Below, in pieces: positions 1 through 7,363 of a DNA stretch of 32,000 nt. Both the position numbers and the translations under genes were made by a program. Every line of letters begins with the position of its first letter. Within the stretch, counting starts at the first letter, position 1. The DNA is taken from positions 1 to 32,000 of the forward strand of contig CAYNZZ010000008.1 in assembly GCA_964401865.1 (NCBI GenBank), written 5' to 3'. This DNA is from an uncultured Erysipelotrichaceae bacterium (GTDB lineage Bacteria; Bacillota_I; Bacilli_A; Erysipelotrichales; Erysipelotrichaceae). The notes under the pieces were generated by a model. That model made no database searches. It was not told the DNA's origin and saw only the letters and a list, made by a program, of their open reading frames with translations.

Positions 1-521
1 CAAAATGGGAATCCGGAAGAGGATATCCGAGCATAGATTCATTAAAGGAAATATCCAGATATTTCTCTGTGTCCATTGATGAGCTGTTGTCCGGAGATCA
101 GTTGGTTTTGATTGCTGAAAAAGAAAACAAGTCAAATCTCAATGGTCTATGTGACTTGTTATTTGGATTTACCGATTTGCTCTCTTTGATGCTTATTTTT
201 CTTCCATTGTATCCCAAACCGGTTGATGGATATATCTATTCAGTAAGTCTTATTGAGTATGTAGATAATGAAATTTGGATTCGTATGACATACTGGGGTC
301 TTTTTATCGCATTAACGATTATTGGAATTGTGAATATTTTAATGGTCAATTTCAAATTTGAAAAGGGGAAAAAGGTGATTACTTTTTTGTCTGTAGGGCT
401 TAGTATTATTACTGTTTTGTATCTGGCGATTGCGAGAGAACCATATGCAGTAACAGTGGCTTTTCTGTTGTTACTTATAAAAGGGGGGCTACTTTATAAA
501 CGAGCCGCAGCAGGCCGATAA
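1..521 (+). CDS. XRE-family helix-turn-helix regulator with C-terminal multi-pass membrane domain (5' end outside window)
   Basis: The frame is open from nt 3. Nt 3-68 translate to KWESGRGYPSIDSLKEISRYFSVSIDELLSGD, a typical end of an HTH_3/XRE domain, so the GTG at 69 in the ORF track is internal. The rest is several hydrophobic helices. Stop TAA at 519-521. Confidence 0.75.
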   Translation, partial: KWESGRGYPSIDSLKEISRYFSVSIDELLSGDQLVLIAEKENKSNLNGLCDLLFGFTDLLSLMLIFLPLYPKPVDGYIYSVSLIEYVDNEIWIRMTYWGLFIALTIIGIVNILMVNFKFEKGKKVITFLSVGLSIITVLYLAIAREPYAVTVAFLLLLIKGGLLYKRAAAGR

Positions 522-563
522 GGGGTTGGGCCATACAACTTACAATTTATTGCTGAATATAAC

Positions 564-609
564 AAAACCTCTATCTTGAGTATTAATTTACTCTTAATAG
601 AGGTTTTTT
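564..609. terminator. Bidirectional rho-independent terminator between convergent genes
   Basis: AAAACCTCTAT (564-574) pairs with ATAGAGGTTTT (597-607). It is A-rich on the left and T-rich on the right. Confidence 0.6.
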
Positions 610-624
610 CATTTTTATAAGATT

Positions 625-804
625 TTAAATACTAACTTTCTTTGCCTTAGAATTTAATAGTTTTATTAAGATATCATCAACAGCATCAGTATATTTACCT
701 TGTTTAATTAGATTGTTCTTTAGATCGATCAAGCATTCAATACATAATCTATATTCGTCTTGATTTAAAGATAAGTAGTATTTCTTTTCTCTATTAAATA
801 ACAT
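625..804 (-). CDS. Small hypothetical protein, 59 aa (below the ORF-track cutoff)
   Basis: Hand translation of the minus strand gives MLFNREKKYYLSLNQDEYRLCIECLIDLKNNLIKQGKYTDAVDDILIKLLNSKAKKVSI with ATG at 804 and TAA at 627-625. AAGGATGG lies about 10 nt upstream. The composition is balanced and helical-looking. It ends at the 564-609 terminator. Confidence 0.45.
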   Translation of the reverse strand: MLFNREKKYYLSLNQDEYRLCIECLIDLKNNLIKQGKYTDAVDDILIKLLNSKAKKVSI

Positions 805-886
805 ATACCTATACCATCCTTTATTGACTTAATAGTAATGGAAATTATTAGTTATGAAAATGATGCGATTTTAACTAGATTAACAC

Positions 887-1074
887 ATAACGCGATACCT
901 TTAATTAGCAAGATTTAAATCGTTATTTTAGCTCTCATTAGCAAAACACCTATTTTCATTAGCAAAATCATAAAAATTCTGCTAATTTTCATTAGCAAAC
1001 ACGATACCTAAGCAAGAGATAGGTTATGCGTTATTTTATGATTAAATATTAAAGGTTCTAATTAGCTAGCTAAT
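887..1074. repeat. Cluster of ATTAGC-containing repeats: three direct TCATTAGCAAA copies, further half-sites and a perfect 14-bp palindrome
   Basis: TCATTAGCAAA occurs at 935-945, 956-966 and 989-999. ATTAGCAAG is at 904-912 and an inverted GCTAAT at 981-986. The palindrome ATTAGCTAGCTAAT is at 1061-1074. An imperfect inverted repeat ATAACGCGATACCT (887-900) / AGGTTATGCGTTAT (1021-1034) flanks the direct copies. Confidence 0.6.
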
Positions 1075-1121
1075 GAATTATGTGATAAATTTTAGTATTT
1101 TTATAAACATTCAAGAACATT

Positions 1122-1160
1122 AAAAAAACGGAAAACCTCGATGAATAAAGGCTTTCCGTT
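1122..1160 (-). terminator. Rho-independent terminator downstream of tRNA-Arg
   Basis: On the minus strand AACGGAAAGCC...GGTTTTCCGTT forms a stem followed by a T7 run (complement of the A-run at 1122-1128). Confidence 0.6.
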
Positions 1161-1169
1161 ACATTCAAA

Positions 1170-1244
1170 TGGCCTCCCTAGTAGGAATCGAACCTACAAT
1201 TAGTCCTTAGGAGGGACTCGTTATATCCATTTAACTATAGAGAG
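1170..1244 (-). tRNA. tRNA-Arg (anticodon CCU)
   Basis: The reverse complement folds as a cloverleaf. Acceptor CTCTCTA pairs with TAGGGAG. Anticodon stem AGTCC/GGACT carries loop CTCCTAA, giving CCT. The T-arm is GGTTCGATTCC and the 3' CCA is encoded. Confidence 0.9.
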
Positions 1245-1290
1245 ATAAACTATCAAATAGTATATCACATCTTAACTGTAATCTGCATAT

Positions 1291-1719
1291 CTAATAATAA
1301 AAGTAACGCACTTTGGCGTATTTATCTACAACACATTGAATCTCAATACTCGCTCGCATCGCATAAACAACATATTTTTTCATTCCTAAACCATTAACTT
1401 AAATCTTGCTCGCTATTTCACCATCGGAACGCAAACAAGAATCACAAATCTTTTCTAAGAATTCTTTTGACATGTCAATACCATTATCGATAATTCTAAT
1501 ATGAGCGCAAATGTATTGCTCGACTTTCTTAGATGGTTCTTAACGAAATATCGATTGAATTAAACTGTTTTCCAGTGTATATTTGCCACATTAGATAAAA
1601 CATTTAATTATACCGATGCCATCAATCCACACATTGTTGACACCAATTTCAAAAGGTTGTTTCTCTGTCTTGATTTGCGGTTGCATAATATTAACTATTC
1701 CATCAATAATTAAACAGGT
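1291..1719 (-). pseudogene. Fragment of a sensor histidine kinase (C-terminal HATPase_c region only) with three in-frame TAA stops
   Basis: One minus-strand frame reads ...KKVEQYICAHIRIIDNGIDMSKEFLEKICDSCLRSDGEIASKI*VNGLGMKKYVVYAMRASIEIQCVVDKYAKVRYFYY*. This matches the G1 box (DNGIGM-like), G2 box (GLG) and C-terminal beta strands of a kinase ATPase domain. In-frame TAA codons lie at 1591-1593, 1540-1542 and 1399-1401. No HisKA or sensor region is present. Confidence 0.55.
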
Positions 1720-1784
1720 TTAACTATTACCTCTTCTATACCAACCATAAAATAATATAATGAATTATATTACGATCAATATAT

Positions 1785-1812
1785 TTCTCAAAGCATGATA
1801 ATGCGTTAGAAT
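1785..1812 (+). promoter_or_regulatory. Candidate sigma-A-type promoter placed to give a leaderless or near-leaderless mRNA for the GTPase-NYN gene
   Basis: TTCTCA (1785-1790), a 16-nt spacer, then TAGAAT (1807-1812), followed by only 6 nt (ATTACT) before ATG 1819. No Shine-Dalgarno sequence is visible. Confidence 0.3.
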
Positions 1813-1818
1813 ATTACT

Positions 1819-4287
1819 ATGTCAAAACTAATAATCGGAGCATTGGCGCATGTCGACGCTGGTAAGACTACCTTATCAGAAGCTATCCTTTATAAAACTG
1901 GTGCTATCTTGAACATTGGCAGAGTAGATAAAAGAAATACATTTTTAGATTACAATATTCAAGAAAAAGAAAGGGGCATCACGATCTTCAATAAGGAAGC
2001 ACGCTTCACTTACAAAAATAAAGATTATATTTATGTTGATACCCCTGGGCATAATGAATTTAAGTCCGAGGCTTTTCGTGCTTATCATATTTTAGATTTA
2101 GCTCTTTTAATTGTCAACGGCTCAGAAAAAATACATAACGATGATATTTTAAAGTTTAACACTCTTATCGAATTAGGTATTCCGCTTATTATCTTTGTAA
2201 ACAAAGAAGATAACCTATATGGTTTAAAAGAAGACATTGTAAAAGATATAAGAGTAAATTTTAATGACAACTGCGTATCAGAAAGCGAACTATTTGAACA
2301 TGTCGCTTTGAGCAATGAAACTTTATTAGAAAGCTATCTTGAGAACAATACCATTAAAAAAGAAGCAATCATATCCAGTATTGCATCTAATCAAAGCATA
2401 CCTATCTTATTTGGCTCTGCCCTAAAAGATATCGGTATCGATAACCTATTAAACTTTATCGATAGTTATATCGAGGTAAAAAGTCCGCAAAATGTTTTTA
2501 GTGCTTATGTTTACGGCATTTCAAATGACGGCAACCAAAAACTATGTCATATGAAAATACTTGGTGGTACCCTCAATAATAAGACTAGTTTCAATGGTGA
2601 AAAAATTAATGAGATAAGATTATATAATGGCAAGAACTATATTGGTGTGCAATCTGTTACAGCGGGTGATTTGTGTGCAGTAACCGGTTTAAATAATATA
2701 TCTATCGGCACATATCTGCCAAGCTTTATAAATTCTATTAATGATGAGACATTGTCTTTGACTTATGAAATTAAATCAAACATTGATAATAATGAACTAT
2801 ATAGAAAAATCAATGTTTTAAACAGTGAACAACCCGAATTACATATCACTTTAAAAAGTAATCATCTCTTCATTGATTTAAAAGGCAATCTTCATAAGCA
2901 GATTATCTACAATCAAATTAAAGAAAGATTTAATGTTGAAATATCTTTCTTGGAACCAATCATCGTTTATAAAGAATCAATCAAGAAAGCATCTTTTGGG
3001 GTAGGTCATTTCGAACCGCTCAGACATTACGCTGAAGTAATAGTTGAATTAAGACCTAGTAACAAATTATCATTTAATACTTTAGTCAATAATTCTTTTA
3101 CCGGCCCAATGATTACATATTTAAATCAATCCCATCCCAAAGGGATTTTAACTAATAGTGAATTATGTAATATGTCCATTACTATCGTCGATATTAAAAC
3201 TCATCCAAAGCACACCGAGGGCGGTGATTTAATCGAAGCTTTAAGAAGAGCCATTAGGCACGCCTTACATTTTAATGATTGTTTTGTGCTTGAACCCTTT
3301 TATATCGTCAATATTGAAGCTAAAGATAATGTGAACACCATAATCAATGTTTTAAACAGTGAACAATATTCTTTTACTATCAATGAAAATACAATAACTT
3401 GTAAAATTAATCTTAAAAAATACAATCAGTTTATTTTAAATCTCCGAAGCAAATTAAAAGATGCTCTAAACTATGAAATCATTGAAAAAGTATATGATGA
3501 AGCGATAAATCAAGAAGATATCATCATTCAAAAAGGCTATGATTATAAGTCTGACTACACTAATCCAACCGGTTCAATTTTTACTTTCCATGGAGCAGGG
3601 CACTATATCGACGTCGAAGAAGTCATTGATAAGATGCATCTCAATTTAAACGATTACCTTAATTCAGAAACTACCATTACAAAATATATTCCTAGCAAAA
3701 TATCTGAGGATGAACTCAATAGAGTTTGGAACTCTTTATATAAGCCCAAAAAAAGAACTGCTTACAATCCTAAAAACATTGATGAAGAAAAGGAAAGAAT
3801 CGACATCAGCATTAAACCGCTTATCTATGTAATAGATGGATACAATTTAATGTATTCGCTGGAAGAGTTAAAAGATATAGTTAAGACAAATTTCATTATG
3901 GCACGTGAAAAAGTTATTGATTTTGTCTCTGATTTCAAGGGTTATGTAAATGCTAGAGTGATACTTGTCTTTGATGCTTATAAACAAAATTATTCAGCAC
4001 CGCAATTAGACGATAACGGCATAATTGAGATAGTATATACCAAAGCATTGCAAACTGCTGATACCTATATTGAAAATGTGGTAAAGAAATTAAATGACAA
4101 ATATAGAGTTATCACTGTAACTAGTGATTATCTTGAACAACTCGGAGTATTGTCTTCGGATTCAATTCGACTATCATGTAAAGAATTGATCAATCGTTAC
4201 AACAATATGAAAAGATCGACTGTTTCTAAAACTTTCACTAAAAATCAGCCTCTATTAGAACTTAAAAAACTTCTAGAAGAAGACTGA
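1819..4287 (+). CDS. Translational GTPase (TetM/TetO/EF-G-like) fused to a C-terminal YacP/Rae1-like NYN ribonuclease domain
   Basis: N-terminus MSKLIIGALAHVDAGKTTL carries G1. RGIT is G2, DTPGH is G3 and NKED is G4. The length and layout of residues 1 to about 640 match ribosome-protection/EF-G-type factors. Residues about 666-795 (nt about 3814-4210) carry IDGYN, VILVFDAY, QTADTYIE and VTSDYLEQ, which align with B. subtilis YacP/Rae1 (VDGYN, VIVVFDA, ETADERIE, ATSDYTEQ). It is a single uninterrupted ORF. Confidence 0.85.
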   Translation: MSKLIIGALAHVDAGKTTLSEAILYKTGAILNIGRVDKRNTFLDYNIQEKERGITIFNKEARFTYKNKDYIYVDTPGHNEFKSEAFRAYHILDLALLIVNGSEKIHNDDILKFNTLIELGIPLIIFVNKEDNLYGLKEDIVKDIRVNFNDNCVSESELFEHVALSNETLLESYLENNTIKKEAIISSIASNQSIPILFGSALKDIGIDNLLNFIDSYIEVKSPQNVFSAYVYGISNDGNQKLCHMKILGGTLNNKTSFNGEKINEIRLYNGKNYIGVQSVTAGDLCAVTGLNNISIGTYLPSFINSINDETLSLTYEIKSNIDNNELYRKINVLNSEQPELHITLKSNHLFIDLKGNLHKQIIYNQIKERFNVEISFLEPIIVYKESIKKASFGVGHFEPLRHYAEVIVELRPSNKLSFNTLVNNSFTGPMITYLNQSHPKGILTNSELCNMSITIVDIKTHPKHTEGGDLIEALRRAIRHALHFNDCFVLEPFYIVNIEAKDNVNTIINVLNSEQYSFTINENTITCKINLKKYNQFILNLRSKLKDALNYEIIEKVYDEAINQEDIIIQKGYDYKSDYTNPTGSIFTFHGAGHYIDVEEVIDKMHLNLNDYLNSETTITKYIPSKISEDELNRVWNSLYKPKKRTAYNPKNIDEEKERIDISIKPLIYVIDGYNLMYSLEELKDIVKTNFIMAREKVIDFVSDFKGYVNARVILVFDAYKQNYSAPQLDDNGIIEIVYTKALQTADTYIENVVKKLNDKYRVITVTSDYLEQLGVLSSDSIRLSCKELINRYNNMKRSTVSKTFTKNQPLLELKKLLEED

Positions 4288-4296
4288 CATTTATAA

Positions 4297-4335
4297 ATAA
4301 AACTTGGTTCATTATGTTATGAACCAAGTTTTTTA
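4297..4335. terminator. Bidirectional rho-independent terminator
   Basis: An 11-bp perfect stem AACTTGGTTCA (4301-4311) / TGAACCAAGTT (4320-4330) is flanked by A-rich and T-rich runs between convergent genes. Confidence 0.75.
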
Positions 4336-4357
4336 TCTTCTCTATATTTTTTAAGTA

Positions 4358-5152
4358 TCATGACAATAAGATTCTATCATTTGCCATTTCAAAGCCAGTT
4401 TCTTTTTCAAATATTTGGAGCAAGTCGCTGACTGTCAGTTTAGCTTTTTCTTCGCCTGATACATCCAAGATAATCTTGCCATCAGACATCATAATCAAAC
4501 GATTGCCATACTTAATTGCATCTTTCATATTGTGTGTGATCATTAATGTAGTAAGATTATCTTTTTTAACTAATGTTTCAGTTAAAGTCAATACACGATT
4601 AGCAGTTTTAGGATCTAAAGCTGCTGTATGTTCATCGAGTAATAATAATTCCGGTCTTACCAAAGTTGCCATAAGTAATGTCAAAGCCTGTCTTTGCCCG
4701 CCTGACAATAAACCAACCTTTGAGCCTAAGCGACTTTCAAGTCCAAGATTTAATGATTTGATCAATTCGACATATTTCTTGCGTTCCTGCTCTTTCAAAC
4801 CTTTTTTTAAGGTTCTCGCTTTACCTCTGCGACTAGCAATAGAAAAGTTTTCTTCAATTGATAAATCAGCGCATGTGCCAACCATTGGATCTTGGAATAC
4901 TCTGCCAATTTTAGAAGCTCGTTTATATTCTTTCTGTTTTGATACATCTTCGCCATTGATAATTACTTTTCCTGTGTCCAAAGAATAAGTACCAGAAATA
5001 AGATTTAACAATGTTGATTTACCAGCTCCATTACCACCGATAACTGTTATAAAGTCGCCATCATTGATAGTTATAGAAAGATCTTCAATCGCTCTTTTTT
5101 CATTAGCTGTTCCTGCATTGAAAGTCTTTGATATATTTTTAATCTCTAACAT
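4358..5152 (-). CDS. ABC transporter ATP-binding protein (partner of ABC_sub_bind/COG2984-type importers)
   Basis: Walker A GGNGAGKST, signature LSGGQRQ and Walker B LLLLDEHTAALD. It overlaps the permease stop by 7 nt. Confidence 0.9.
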   Translation of the reverse strand: MLEIKNISKTFNAGTANEKRAIEDLSITINDGDFITVIGGNGAGKSTLLNLISGTYSLDTGKVIINGEDVSKQKEYKRASKIGRVFQDPMVGTCADLSIEENFSIASRRGKARTLKKGLKEQERKKYVELIKSLNLGLESRLGSKVGLLSGGQRQALTLLMATLVRPELLLLDEHTAALDPKTANRVLTLTETLVKKDNLTTLMITHNMKDAIKYGNRLIMMSDGKIILDVSGEEKAKLTVSDLLQIFEKETGFEMANDRILLS

Positions 5153-6036
5153 TTTTTGGCTCCTTTCTTTTTAAAGTTGGCATTAGATAAATATAGCGCT
5201 AAAGCAACGATTATTGCGGTAAATAATTTCATATCATTAGCCGATATAAAGCTACTATTAATCACTAAAGCGACAATTAAACGATAGATAATAGATCCAA
5301 CCAAAATGCCACACAAGCTTAAAATTAAATTTTTCTTCTTAAATATTACTTCACCGATAATGACCGAAGCTAAACCAATAACAATGGCACCTATGCCCTG
5401 ACCGACATCGGCATATCCGTTGTATTGACAAACAAGCGATCCGCTAAGAGCAATTAAGGCATTAGCTAACATTAGCCCGGCGATCATTGTTACATCAGAA
5501 TTGATACCATTAGCTCTAATCATCTTGTCATTATTGCCGGTCGCAACAATGGCGTATCCAAATTCAGTATTGAAAAACCATACTAACAAAACAATGACAA
5601 TCGCACACACAACTACGCCAAGTATAATCGCCGCATCTCTGTCCTTACTGAAACCAAGAAGATTTTTAATGCTAGTCAAAATAGTTTCTTGTTGATTAAG
5701 CGGAATATTGGCTTTACCCATAATTCTAAGATTAATTGAATATAAGCCTGTCATCGATAAGATACCTGATAGTAAGCTTGGAATACGCATCTTAGTATGC
5801 AATAAACCTGTTACCATACCAGCTAAAGAGCCAGAAATTACCGCCATTAAAATAGCGATTAAAGGATGAATACCATTTACAATAGCTGTTGCACTGACAG
5901 CAGCTCCTAAAGTAAACGATCCTTCACTGGTCAAATCAGAAATGTTTAGTATTCGATATGTAATATGAATGCCTATGGCTAATATTGCCCATAGCAAGCC
6001 TTGTGATATTGCAGAAATAATAATTTGAGAAGACAT
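5146..6036 (-). CDS. ABC transporter permease (branched-chain/unknown-substrate type, COG4120-like)
   Basis: A 296-aa polytopic membrane protein lying between the binding-protein and ATPase genes in the same orientation. Confidence 0.85.
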   Translation of the reverse strand: MSSQIIISAISQGLLWAILAIGIHITYRILNISDLTSEGSFTLGAAVSATAIVNGIHPLIAILMAVISGSLAGMVTGLLHTKMRIPSLLSGILSMTGLYSINLRIMGKANIPLNQQETILTSIKNLLGFSKDRDAAIILGVVVCAIVIVLLVWFFNTEFGYAIVATGNNDKMIRANGINSDVTMIAGLMLANALIALSGSLVCQYNGYADVGQGIGAIVIGLASVIIGEVIFKKKNLILSLCGILVGSIIYRLIVALVINSSFISANDMKLFTAIIVALALYLSNANFKKKGAKKC

Positions 6037-6051
6037 AATTTACCTTTCTAT

Positions 6052-7038
6052 CTAGTCGTTTGCGACATCAATACCTCTTTGGATAATTGATTCCGGAAGT
6101 GTTAAACCGATTTTTTCAGCTGTTTTTGAATTGTAATATACTTGAATATCTGATTGGAATTCGATTTGAAAATCATCAATTGTCTTTTCACCATTCAAGA
6201 TTTGAACTGCCATTTCACCAGTTTGGTAACCGATCTTGTAGTAGTCAACGCCAAGAGAAATCAAACCGCCATTTTTAACCGAATTGCTTTCACCTGTAAG
6301 GACTGGTAAATGATTTTCGGTAGCGAAAATATCAACACTCGCCATAGCAGAAGCGATGTTGTTATCAGTTGGAACATAGATAGCATCAACCTTGCCGACA
6401 AAACTTTGAAGTGTATCATCAATCATCGTCTTATCAGAAACAGTTTGAATAACTGGAGTGATGCCATTTTTGTTGCATTCTTCTTCCATCTGTTTAGCTT
6501 GAATTTCTGAGTTAGGTTCTGACGAAGTATAGATGATACCCAATGATTTTACAGTTGGAACAGCTTCTAATAATAAGCTTAACTGTTCACTCATCGGACA
6601 ACCATCACTTACACCAGCGATCAGTCCGCCAGGTTTTTCATTTGTCTCAGCAAGCCCTGCTTCAACAAAATCAGTAACAGCAGTAGCCAAAATAGGAGTA
6701 TGATCATTGACATTCTGCAATGCCTGAGCAGGTGTTGTTGCGATAGCCAAGATTAAATCCTGATTACCAGCAATTAAACTATCAGCCATTGTTGTTAAGT
6801 TAGAAGAGTCGCCTTCTGGGTTTTGATATTCGATAACCAAATTTTCACCTTCGATATATCCGCCATCTTTTAAAGCATCAACAAATCCTTGTCTAGATAA
6901 ATCAAGTGCATCATGAGTTAATAATTGAAGAATACCGACATGTTTAACTGCATCGGTGTTGTTGCTTGGTTGAGGATTGTTTGAACTACATGCCACAAGT
7001 AATCCTAAACTCAAAATAAGTACAATTAGTTTTTTCAT
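6052..7038 (-). CDS. ABC transporter substrate-binding lipoprotein (ABC_sub_bind family), paralog A
   Basis: Signal peptide plus lipobox LLVAC. Family-typical segments include GILQLLTHDALD, ILAIATTPAQA, IYTSSEPNS and IYVPTDNN. RBS AGGGAGG. It directly follows a T-box leader. Confidence 0.85.
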   Translation of the reverse strand: MKKLIVLILSLGLLVACSSNNPQPSNNTDAVKHVGILQLLTHDALDLSRQGFVDALKDGGYIEGENLVIEYQNPEGDSSNLTTMADSLIAGNQDLILAIATTPAQALQNVNDHTPILATAVTDFVEAGLAETNEKPGGLIAGVSDGCPMSEQLSLLLEAVPTVKSLGIIYTSSEPNSEIQAKQMEEECNKNGITPVIQTVSDKTMIDDTLQSFVGKVDAIYVPTDNNIASAMASVDIFATENHLPVLTGESNSVKNGGLISLGVDYYKIGYQTGEMAVQILNGEKTIDDFQIEFQSDIQVYYNSKTAEKIGLTLPESIIQRGIDVAND

Positions 7039-7059
7039 AAAGTCCTCCCTATCAAGAAA

Positions 7060-7321
7060 TAAAAAACTCGTCCCACAAAAGGACGAGTGTTATCGCGTTA
7101 CCACCTTTTTTCACTTATCTATTACTAGACAAGTCTCTGTAAGCCACCATCATGGCCCAACACTTTAACGGGTGTTAATCGTGACACTCTACTTAATTCA
7201 AGCATCCCACTAGCTGATGTATTCATCCCGACTCACTAACTGTTCTCACCAACCACAGTCTCGCTTCAAGTTGAGGCTCAAAGATTACTCTTTCAGTTCA
7301 CGGCGTTTTTTTATTCCTTAT
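7060..7321 (-). promoter_or_regulatory. T-box riboswitch leader, specifier read as UAC (Tyr)
   Basis: The minus strand shows these Stem I elements: AGAGUA, AG bulge AGCGA, and distal loop GGUUGGUGAGAA closed by GACUGU/ACAGUU. The specifier-loop string is GAA-UAC-A (UAC at 7221-7219). The T-box motif AAGGUGGUAACGCG is at 7106-7094. The terminator is ACUCGUCC-UUUUGU-GGGACGAGU plus a U-run (7088-7060). Confidence 0.8.
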
Positions 7322-7327
7322 GAGGTA

Positions 7328-7356
7328 AGTATAGTTAATGGTTTTTTGTTTGTCAA
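7328..7356 (-). promoter_or_regulatory. Sigma-A-type promoter for the second T-box unit
   Basis: TTGACA (7356-7351), a 17-nt spacer, then TATACT (7333-7328). It lies immediately downstream of the paralog B stop codon. Confidence 0.6.
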
Positions 7357-7363
7357 CTATTTT

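Noticed and set aside
1100-1260. tRNA-Arg as the attachment site of an integrated element
   Set aside because: I found no integrase and no direct repeat of the tRNA 3' end within the window. Only circumstantial decay signs are present, and these are reported separately.
1399-1593. Three in-frame TAA codons as possible stop-codon reassignment or readthrough
   Set aside because: TAA terminates groEL, the XRE gene and many other ORFs here at the expected lengths. The surrounding gene is a truncated fragment, so decay is the simpler reading.
1819-3800. Calling the GTPase a tetracycline-resistance gene (tet(M)/tet(O) class)
   Set aside because: Only family-level resemblance is visible. The sequence is clearly divergent from TetM beyond the G domain and carries an extra nuclease domain. 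No resistance claim is justified without a search or an assay.
4476-4988. 170-aa plus-strand ORF. The same judgement applies to 2085-2315, 5501-5695, 6087-6278, 6310-6510, 8850-9125, 9156-9350, 9837-10019, 12700-12918, 13555-13842, 14271-14516, 19099-19341, 19583-19774, 19839-20057, 20886-21101, 21720-21980, 21901-22302, 25412-25978, 26517-26807, 26926-27195, 29009-29224, 31059-31292 and 31533-31901.
   Set aside because: All are antisense shadows inside well-supported genes. They have S/I/F/L-rich low-complexity translations and no RBS.
6977-7168. 63-aa plus-strand ORF
   Set aside because: It lies antisense across the paralog A start and the T-box terminator/antiterminator. The structured-RNA explanation is much stronger.
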